A DNA stretch of 64,000 nt from an uncultured virus (IMG/VR IMGVR_UViG_3300025617_001081) (lineage: Duplodnaviria > Heunggongvirae > Uroviricota > Caudoviricetes). The translations under genes and the position numbers were made by a program. The stretch is taken from IMG/VR virus record IMGVR_UViG_3300025617_001081; one strand, written 5' to 3'. The notes under the pieces were generated by a model. It was given only the letters and a program-made list of their open reading frames with translations. It searched no databases and had not been told where the DNA came from. This document shows, piece after piece, positions 56,825-64,000 of this stretch. Within the stretch, counting starts at the first letter, position 1, and each line of letters starts with the position of its first letter.

Positions 56825-58182
56825 TATACTTTCTCATATGTTTCATAAACTTTTTTACAGTGGTTATAAAAATCACTGTACTCCGGAAACGTTTCCAATA
56901 AATTTGTTCCCAATCGTTTGTCATTTTCTGTAAAAAATACATAAAAATCTCGCTGTCCTTGAGTTATACGATCTGACACAATAGGATGCGTTTTCATATA
57001 GTTTGTTACACGTTTAAACTTTTCGTATTCTTGAGGATTAAACCATTCCATGTTATCGTCAATAAATGATAAAGTATCATCCATATAAGATACAAAACTT
57101 TCAGGAAGTATGTTGATCATCCAATGTGGAGGTTCTTTAAGATATGGGACATCAAATCTAATTGCATTTTTTCCATATTCTTTTCTCCATTCAATCATTT
57201 TATGCATTAAATTTTTATAATTTGTAACACATAATACATTAAAGGTACACATCAAGCTCGTTTCAAATCCCATACTTAGAGCTTTTTTAAGATTCCGCTC
57301 CCAATGTTTCAGTTCTAAACCTGTACGCATATATTCTGCTTGAGGGCCCCATGTATCTATACTAGTAAATAATGTAAACTTTTTAATCTTTTTCTGATCT
57401 AGTAAACTTTGTATGCGTGTAAACAGTCTATCAGTTTTGTTAAAACTAACACCAAGATTACTGTTTAGACTTATTTCTAACTGAGGAGCTGGTTCTTTTT
57501 CTAACAGATCAAAAAACTGCATAGCTCCAGGATTCATAAGAGGCTCTCCTCCGGTAATCCTTAATGTATGCAAATCTTTACGTAGATCAGGCCACCATTT
57601 CCAAAATGCATCAACATAAGGATTATCATCATGCGGACCGTAATACGTTCCGTGTTCAAGAAAATCAATGCCATATTGATTGTATGTTAGATCATAGTTT
57701 CCGTGTTTCTTAATCTCATCCATCCAGAGTGTGCTTGCTTGCGGACAGCAATATCCACAACGATAATTACATCCGTTACCAAAACTAACTTCAAGATATC
57801 TAGGATTTATATCAGCATCCCAGGGCAATTGAGCAACTTCCTCAATAATAGGCTCCGAATAAGAACTTGCACTATGAAACATTCTATCCGAAAGATGTTC
57901 TCCTTCTAAATCTTCAATGTTCCAACAATAATAACACTCTTCAGGCCTGCCGCCTTCGAGCATTTTTTTACGCTGTTGTTTTTTCCATTTAGTATTGTGT
58001 AACGCACTAGGATTTTCTGCAATTTCTTCTAAAGGAATATGTTTGGGTCTAGGATGATAACAACTATGATTATCTCCGGTATGTAGATATAGCGTTTCAT
58101 GTAGCCATTTTTGTGTGCAAAATCCTGGCCCAATTTTATTTAAGCGTTTTGCAACTTCGTCTACTCGTTTATCTCTGCTCAT
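56824..58182 (-). CDS. Radical SAM protein with an N-terminal Twitch-like domain
   Basis: FCTQKW..SCYHP..CYYCW; CNYRCGYC; TGGEP; TAAATA at 58210-58205 upstream. Confidence 0.88.
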   Translation of the reverse strand: MSRDKRVDEVAKRLNKIGPGFCTQKWLHETLYLHTGDNHSCYHPRPKHIPLEEIAENPSALHNTKWKKQQRKKMLEGGRPEECYYCWNIEDLEGEHLSDRMFHSASSYSEPIIEEVAQLPWDADINPRYLEVSFGNGCNYRCGYCCPQASTLWMDEIKKHGNYDLTYNQYGIDFLEHGTYYGPHDDNPYVDAFWKWWPDLRKDLHTLRITGGEPLMNPGAMQFFDLLEKEPAPQLEISLNSNLGVSFNKTDRLFTRIQSLLDQKKIKKFTLFTSIDTWGPQAEYMRTGLELKHWERNLKKALSMGFETSLMCTFNVLCVTNYKNLMHKMIEWRKEYGKNAIRFDVPYLKEPPHWMINILPESFVSYMDDTLSFIDDNMEWFNPQEYEKFKRVTNYMKTHPIVSDRITQGQRDFYVFFTENDKRLGTNLLETFPEYSDFYNHCKKVYETYEKV

Positions 58183-58232
58183 TTATGCCTCATTAATGTT
58201 AAGTTATTTACAATTCTCTGTACAATAGTGTG

Positions 58233-59771
58233 CTATGTTTGGCTGCAATCATTATACCAAGCACGTAGTTCCGGAAATGTTTCTAAGAAATCTTTATTTC
58301 TTCTTTGATCTAAACTATCAAAATATATCTTGAAAGTTTTTTTACGATTGTCTAATTCTTGTGTTGACATATTTTTGTAACTTTGTTTCATATGTTCAAT
58401 ATTACGACGCAGTTTATCTATTTCGTATTGTTTAAAACCTAAAAATGTTTTAGAATAATTTTCATCTTCTTGGTTTGCTATCATAAAATCTAAACAATCA
58501 TCTAATATTGTAGAATATTCAGTATATCCCATAATATTTTCTACCGCCATCCAGTTAGGAAACTGTAAATAAGGAATATCAAACCAAATACGTTGCCTAC
58601 GTTTTCTTACAAAAGGAGGATGTTCTAAACTTCCCTGTGTAGGAGGAATAATTTCTAATTCTTGTTGATTTGCATATCCAAAATCTTGTCGTAAATCAAG
58701 AATCATTTGTAAAAAATCTTTTAACTTTGGGACGCTCATAAGATTAAATGTATTAATAAATGTAATTTCTGTACCGTGCGTTTCGTTTAAAACGGTTTTT
58801 ACATTTTTTAACATTTGATTAAAGTCTAATCCCTCTCTAACATACTCTGCATGCTCTCCTACAGTATCAACACTTACAAATAAACTAAAATGTTTACATG
58901 CAGGAGCAACATACCAGTTGTTATTTGTATTAGGATTAATTTTTTCTTCGTCTTCCCAAATTCTTACTTCTTCAATCTTTTTTAGCTTTGCAATAAACTT
59001 ATCAAACAAGTCTTGATTAGGCGGACACATATTACTAGTAATACTTAAATCTAGAAATGCATTAGGATTTTCGTCGACATAATCTAACACTTTAAAAGTA
59101 TTTTTATCCATAAGCGGTTCGCCACCTGTCATTCTAAATACTTTAAGTTCTTTGTAAAGATCAGGCCACCATTTCCAAAATGCTTGTACATAAGGATTAT
59201 CGTTATTAGATGTTTTTAACGGCATAAGTCCTTTGCGACTTAAACTTTCGATATCATTGTGATAGCCTTCATTTGTGGGTACAGGTCCGTGCTCTTTTAT
59301 TTCTGATTCCCATGCTGTACTTAAATGAGGACTACAATACACACATTTAAAATTACAGGCTTGATTAAAGTTTACTTCTACGTATCGTGGAATTGCTGTT
59401 TTTGTCTCTAATACAGCATCTTGTAATTTGCCTTCCACCCACCATTCAGAACTTCTGTAATGTCTATCACTATAATGGGGACCGTTAGGTGCATCTTCAA
59501 TATTCCAGCAATATTGACAGCCAGAAGGACGTTTGCCTTCTAACATTTGTTGTCTTTGTTGTATTTTTTCTTCTGTATTATGTAATGTGCTAGGATTGTC
59601 ATCCAGCTGAGTTACAGGAATAAGATGTGTAGGAGGATGATAACAACTTTGTGTTAGTCCTTGCGGTAAATGTAGACTAACTTGATACCATTTTGCTAGA
59701 CACATTGAAGAAGAAATAGTTTCTAACTTGTCTTTGGTTGTCTTTACATTGTCGTAATAGTTATTGCTCAT
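58233..59771 (-). CDS. Radical SAM protein with an N-terminal Twitch-like domain (paralog of 56824)
   Basis: MCLAKW..SCYHP..CQYCW; CNFKCVYC; TGGEP. Confidence 0.88.
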   Translation of the reverse strand: MSNNYYDNVKTTKDKLETISSSMCLAKWYQVSLHLPQGLTQSCYHPPTHLIPVTQLDDNPSTLHNTEEKIQQRQQMLEGKRPSGCQYCWNIEDAPNGPHYSDRHYRSSEWWVEGKLQDAVLETKTAIPRYVEVNFNQACNFKCVYCSPHLSTAWESEIKEHGPVPTNEGYHNDIESLSRKGLMPLKTSNNDNPYVQAFWKWWPDLYKELKVFRMTGGEPLMDKNTFKVLDYVDENPNAFLDLSITSNMCPPNQDLFDKFIAKLKKIEEVRIWEDEEKINPNTNNNWYVAPACKHFSLFVSVDTVGEHAEYVREGLDFNQMLKNVKTVLNETHGTEITFINTFNLMSVPKLKDFLQMILDLRQDFGYANQQELEIIPPTQGSLEHPPFVRKRRQRIWFDIPYLQFPNWMAVENIMGYTEYSTILDDCLDFMIANQEDENYSKTFLGFKQYEIDKLRRNIEHMKQSYKNMSTQELDNRKKTFKIYFDSLDQRRNKDFLETFPELRAWYNDCSQT

Positions 59772-60694
59772 TCTGGATCTATAATCAACTGTTCTAGTTT
59801 ACGATTACGTTTAGGATTTTGATACAAGTGTTTAAAAAACTTGCTTTGGCCAGAAGACAATGGATTGTCAATAGGAATACCAAGTTCACTTACTAATATT
59901 TCAGTGTATTTGCAACTTTCGTTATGTATTTGATCTGTTGTAAAATCTGCAAATTCTTCTTTCCATAGGTTATTTAAATACTCAAAATCACGAACATTTA
60001 CATAATTCCACTCTGTACACATAGTTTTGTACAGTCCTGCTCTAGCACCTAATACGGCCCAGTCGCCATTTTCAACATCTGCGCCTACCATACACCAAAC
60101 ATACAACATATGAAGATTTTTCCAGTGTGCTTTTCCTAAAAAATCTGTCTTATCTACTCTAACACCTCTGTCAAGTGCAAGTTTAACTCCTTCACGGAAT
60201 CCTGCTCTCCATGCTTGATGAGGAGTAGCATTATTGTGTACAGTTGAATAACAACTATTCATCTGAATATATTGTGCGTCCCAACAAAAATCAACTTGAG
60301 CATGCTCATTTTCAGGATCAGCATTTTCGTGAGTTCGCATTTTTAATACATAATCTTTAGGCCAACACTTTAACCCTCCATTGCCGTACATTAAACTATT
60401 AATAACATTTTGTCCGCACCAACTTAAAACAGTTTTTTCAAGATTTTTGTGTTCTGAAAAATCTATTTCTTGATTTAAAAAGTTAGCATCAATAATATTA
60501 TCTCCGTCAACTGTAATAAAACGATCAGTTTCGCTGAGTTCTGCACATGCTTTGTGTGCCGCATCACTGCCTTCTACACCATGAACACGTTTAGCCCACG
60601 GAATTTTACTACATAAATCAGCGTAGTTTTCTTCTGCATTAGGTTCGTCGTAACTTAGGTAAATGATGTCATAATCTGTTACACGAAATTTCAT
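59768..60694 (-). CDS. GT-A-like glycosyltransferase (paralog of 52396)
   Basis: DIIYLSYDEPNA, VDGD, YGNGGLK, GFRE. Confidence 0.6.
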   Translation of the reverse strand: MKFRVTDYDIIYLSYDEPNAEENYADLCSKIPWAKRVHGVEGSDAAHKACAELSETDRFITVDGDNIIDANFLNQEIDFSEHKNLEKTVLSWCGQNVINSLMYGNGGLKCWPKDYVLKMRTHENADPENEHAQVDFCWDAQYIQMNSCYSTVHNNATPHQAWRAGFREGVKLALDRGVRVDKTDFLGKAHWKNLHMLYVWCMVGADVENGDWAVLGARAGLYKTMCTEWNYVNVRDFEYLNNLWKEEFADFTTDQIHNESCKYTEILVSELGIPIDNPLSSGQSKFFKHLYQNPKRNRKLEQLIIDPE

Positions 60695-61260
60695 TCTTTT
60701 ATCCTTTGATATACGTAAGACTCAAACTTTTTATCAGTATACAAGCTTATAGGTGTATTGTCAATCTCAAATTTCTCTTTCATAGGAATTTTTACAGTTT
60801 TTCTAGCCACTAAATCTGTCATGTTTATTTCTAGTTTTCCATAATAAACGTTAGGATTTCTTTTTTGAGTTATACTAAGTTCAAACATTTCTCCGAAATA
60901 GCCTCCAGACAGAGCTTTTTGTAAATCATTACCTATCTTTACAGACCAATATTTGTTTTTTTGATTTTGTTCTATAAGAATATCATAATCACTGACATAT
61001 GTATCTGGTATTTCGTACAAATAATCATTGATGTTTTTACTATCCAAAATTTCTGCGTAGTTTTTTTTATTCTTTAAAATAAACTGCCTTGTTTTAGGAT
61101 CCATTTCTACAGAGAAAAACCTTTTAGGTACTTTACCTGTTATAATACTTTCTATGTCTTTATAGTCTACAACAATATACTGACCATTATTTTTATTTTC
61201 TATGTTAGAAACCCCAAATACTTCGCCTGTATGTCCGTCATAGTATACATAACTTTTCAT
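60691..61260 (-). CDS. Hypothetical protein
   Basis: 189 aa, coupled within the operon. Confidence 0.65.
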   Translation of the reverse strand: MKSYVYYDGHTGEVFGVSNIENKNNGQYIVVDYKDIESIITGKVPKRFFSVEMDPKTRQFILKNKKNYAEILDSKNINDYLYEIPDTYVSDYDILIEQNQKNKYWSVKIGNDLQKALSGGYFGEMFELSITQKRNPNVYYGKLEINMTDLVARKTVKIPMKEKFEIDNTPISLYTDKKFESYVYQRIKE

Positions 61261-62090
61261 TATTCTAATCCTATCATCTTAGCATATCTATCTAAAAACT
61301 CTTGCCTTGCAAAACTGTTTTCAGTATAGTGAAATATGCCTTGTTGTAAAGTGTTGCCTATTGTAAGATGTCCGTTTTCAGTTAAGTAGGCACCTACTTT
61401 AGTTTGCCAAGTTTCAGCAGGTATCTTCCATCTTTGTATTCTTGTTTTCATATGTACAAACATAGGATATTTAGATTTAGAGTTGTATATTTCTGTATCA
61501 ATATCTAATATTTTGCTTACAATAGCATACGTTACATCCATGCTTGGTGCTTTAGGATAATGCTCTTTACAATATTGTCCGTAGAACAACTCCCAGTTAT
61601 TAGATACCAATTCTACCCATTTATAAAATTCATGAGAAATATCACCTTTTCTAAAATAATGAACTGCACTATATAAATTAGGAAGTTTATTTTCTGTAAA
61701 TGCCTTTCTATAATAATTACTGGTTATTAAATCGTGCCTATACGTGTATGCATTTGATACAAAATATAAATCGTAGTTATTAAGTTCTTTCCAAAAATCA
61801 TTTAAACTTTGTAGAATAAGTATATCCGTGTCTAATACAATAGTTTCTTCATACGGACTTGCATGATATATTTTCCATCTGTCTGTGGTAGCAAATCTAT
61901 CAGTATCTTTGTTTGTCCAGGGTATTTCTATAATTTTATCAAATAGTGTTTTATACATTGAAGGGACTTTGTTGTTTGTAATAATACTTACAGGATGCAT
62001 ATTTCCCGATTGTTTAATGCTCATTGCACATAGACAAGCCTGGGCGACATAATCGTCACCAATAGCCATCATTACAAATCCTTTAGACAT
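61260..62090 (-). CDS. GT8-like glycosyltransferase
   Basis: SPYEETIVLDTD DxD motif; C-terminal FHY. Confidence 0.7.
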   Translation of the reverse strand: MSKGFVMMAIGDDYVAQACLCAMSIKQSGNMHPVSIITNNKVPSMYKTLFDKIIEIPWTNKDTDRFATTDRWKIYHASPYEETIVLDTDILILQSLNDFWKELNNYDLYFVSNAYTYRHDLITSNYYRKAFTENKLPNLYSAVHYFRKGDISHEFYKWVELVSNNWELFYGQYCKEHYPKAPSMDVTYAIVSKILDIDTEIYNSKSKYPMFVHMKTRIQRWKIPAETWQTKVGAYLTENGHLTIGNTLQQGIFHYTENSFARQEFLDRYAKMIGLE

Positions 62091-62979
62091 TTAGGACCTC
62101 GTCTATGCATCTGTTAAGACTAAATTTATTCATAACGTGAATATTATGATTTTTAAATTTCATTGGAGTGTATTCTCCTAGATATTTTTCTTTCTCTAAA
62201 AGAAATAAAAACTCATTATCTTCAATTTTGAATAAAATATCTTTGTCAGTAGAATAATATAATTTTCCTGGCATTTCTTTAGCAAACTCTCTTCCAGGAA
62301 TAAATCCATTCATAATATGAATAGCAATACTAAACGCATGATCGTTCCTGTATACTACACGATTTAATTGATATACTTTTTTATAGTGTCCCCAGTTTTC
62401 TTGTACATGCTGTACTAGGTCAAAAAATATTTTATTAGTATCTGTTTTTCTAAAAAATATACATGTGGCCCAATAGAAGTCAACACTAGTATCGCTGATA
62501 TTGTCAAATTCTGAATAGTCTCTAAATCCTGCTAGATCATATGCATTTTTATATATTAAAAAATCATTAGGTTGTTCAAAACACCATTTAAACAAATTGT
62601 TGTTTATAATAATATCACTATCTAGTACAATAGTTTCGTCGTACGGTGTAAGATCATATGCTAGTGTTCTGGTTTCATTTTTAAACTCTAATTTTTTTTC
62701 TACTAAAGTTCCGTCGTGGTATCTTTTATATGTATGTTTTTCGGTTTTACTAAGTGTGGTATTTTTTGTTAAATCAGATTCTTTCCACACAATCTCAATA
62801 ATGTTATCAAAAACAGTAGTATAATCATTAAATTCATGTCTAAGGTATTTGCCACTATCAGTTATAATAGTAGTTGGTAAGTTTAAATGTTTTTTAACTT
62901 GCTTTGCTAAAAAATAGGCTTGTTTAACATAATCTACTTCTACGTTATTTCTAGCAAATACTAAAACGCCTTGACTCAT
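62083..62979 (-). CDS. GT8-like glycosyltransferase
   Basis: TPYDETIVLDSD; RNDHAFS; HVMNK. Confidence 0.7.
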   Translation of the reverse strand: MSQGVLVFARNNVEVDYVKQAYFLAKQVKKHLNLPTTIITDSGKYLRHEFNDYTTVFDNIIEIVWKESDLTKNTTLSKTEKHTYKRYHDGTLVEKKLEFKNETRTLAYDLTPYDETIVLDSDIIINNNLFKWCFEQPNDFLIYKNAYDLAGFRDYSEFDNISDTSVDFYWATCIFFRKTDTNKIFFDLVQHVQENWGHYKKVYQLNRVVYRNDHAFSIAIHIMNGFIPGREFAKEMPGKLYYSTDKDILFKIEDNEFLFLLEKEKYLGEYTPMKFKNHNIHVMNKFSLNRCIDEVLNV

Positions 62980-63323
62980 AGTTCTATTAATTTTTCAACA
63001 CTTCTACTAGTTTTTAGTTTTTGATATTCGCTGTGGAATTTATTAGTTGCAGTAAAATATACGTCTAATATATTTTCTAAAAAATCTTTGATATTTTCAA
63101 TACGCACTGGAATATCATTATCATCTATAAGGACAACTGCTTCTCTATTAAGATTTGCAAGAGTGGAGCAAAAACAAATTAGTTCTTTATTAATAGTAAA
63201 CTTACTACCGCTAGTGTAATAAACTAAATCTTGGTATACAGTTTCTTGAAGGACACGCTTTTGGTTGTTAAGCGTAACCATATAGTTAGAAAAATCAAGT
63301 GCTTTTTGTAAACGTTCGTCCAT
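62976..63323 (-). CDS. Hypothetical phage protein
   Basis: 115 aa, AAGGAG SD. Confidence 0.7.
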   Translation of the reverse strand: MDERLQKALDFSNYMVTLNNQKRVLQETVYQDLVYYTSGSKFTINKELICFCSTLANLNREAVVLIDDNDIPVRIENIKDFLENILDVYFTATNKFHSEYQKLKTSRSVEKLIEL

Positions 63324-63346
63324 ACTTTACTCCTTTAGACTGTTTT

Positions 63347-63375
63347 ATTATAACAGATATAGTCTAAAGTGTCAA
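63347..63375 (-). promoter_or_regulatory. Perfect-consensus sigma70 promoter overlapped by an inverted repeat
   Basis: Minus strand TTGACA-17 nt-TATAAT; CTTTAGACT/AGTCTAAAG arms at 63333-63341 and 63361-63369. Confidence 0.85.
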
Positions 63376-63378
63376 GTA

Positions 63379-64000
63379 TTAAAGTCCGCTGATAAGTGTT
63401 CCAGTAGGTGCAGGAACATCTACGTAATCGCCAGAAGCTCGTAAATATTCAACATTACTAGCAATAGGCTGAACAACTGCTTCGTCTACCTGGTAAGTAT
63501 AAGCATCAGGTATTTGATCGTCTCCGATATCGTCATCATTAAACTCTATTAAAAAATAAATTTTATATGCTGTTCCAGCAGGATCGGGAGGGATTGCATC
63601 ACCTTTAGCTTTTACTGTATAATCGTTTTCTTCATATACAGATCCTACTTCACCTGTTTTACTATAAACTACTTGATAATTTGTAGTTAAATCATAAAAT
63701 CCAATTTGTGTAGTAGTAATAGTTCGATTAAGATAAACAGTGTCGCCGTCTGCATCGGGATCTTCACTAGTTGTTGCTGTATGGGCAAAACGAATTTCGC
63801 CCATATTTGCTAACATAAGATACCAATCATGTTGTTTACCAGCGCCGTCAGGTACAGAAGCGGTCATAATTATTTTTCCGCCTGAATTAAAATAAAATCT
63901 TGCTTGATTATATGAACTAAAGTTTACTGAAAATTCATGTGTTAAGTTTGTAGAAAAATTTGTAGTTCTAGTTTGACTAATTAATGCATTTCCTGAAGTT
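63379..64000 (-). CDS. Virion structural protein, 5' end cut off by the window edge
   Basis: Frame stays open from 63999 (TSGNALISQTRTT...QARFYFNSGGKIIMTAS...); Thr/Ser/Asp-rich, beta-type composition. Confidence 0.65.
   Translation of the reverse strand, partial: TSGNALISQTRTTNFSTNLTHEFSVNFSSYNQARFYFNSGGKIIMTASVPDGAGKQHDWYLMLANMGEIRFAHTATTSEDPDADGDTVYLNRTITTTQIGFYDLTTNYQVVYSKTGEVGSVYEENDYTVKAKGDAIPPDPAGTAYKIYFLIEFNDDDIGDDQIPDAYTYQVDEAVVQPIASNVEYLRASGDYVDVPAPTGTLISGL

Noticed and set aside
30657..63323. RiPP cluster with a precursor peptide for the SPASM enzymes
   Set aside because: No small precursor ORF, RRE/PqqD domain, peptidase or transporter was visible in the window; a precursor elsewhere cannot be excluded
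30657..63323. Host chromosomal contamination
   Set aside because: The island carries the same late-type promoter motif as the phage genes, has a paralog in the core region and is flanked by virion genes
1..64000. Stop-codon reassignment (alternative genetic code)
   Set aside because: Genes tile densely under the standard code, and TAG, TGA and TAA all end genes at sensible junctions
1..64000. CRISPR array, tRNA or rRNA genes, IS elements
   Set aside because: No spaced repeat arrays, cloverleafs or transposases were seen, and intergenic gaps are very short. This was by eye only; tRNAscan and Infernal were not run

Overview
This is a 64 kb segment of a large, AT-rich, T4-like dsDNA bacteriophage read with the standard genetic code. 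No rRNA, tRNA, CRISPR array, intron or IS element was seen. All family calls come from motif recognition by eye, without database searches. (1) 0-3.7 kb: late-promoter genes that look like capsid-targeted internal head proteins. They are built from short modules separated by Glu cleavage sites, and include an internal twin-arginine signal, a ParB-like insert, a pterin dehydratase and a probable -1 frameshift. (2) 3.7-10 kb: replication core (DsbA-like protein, family B DNA polymerase with a gp43-like operator hairpin, sliding clamp), followed directly by a TGT-like DpdA. (3) 10-22 kb: a 7-deazaguanine DNA-modification neighbourhood (DpdL/QueD-like, FolE, QueE) interleaved with a glycosyltransferase, two dehydrogenases, a cupin, a PRTase and a HIT protein. 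(4) 23-30.6 kb: RNase H-like nuclease, MoxR AAA+/VWA pair, hypotheticals and a tail-fibre-like gene. (5) 30.6-63 kb: a very large tailoring-enzyme island lying between two virion structural genes and largely fed by late-type promoters. It holds 10 radical SAM enzymes, 8 2OG-Fe(II)-type oxygenases, 3 nitroreductase-like proteins, a carbamoyltransferase, 2 PLP enzymes, a QueC-like ATPase, a desaturase, a methyltransferase, an SDR and 4 or more glycosyltransferases.
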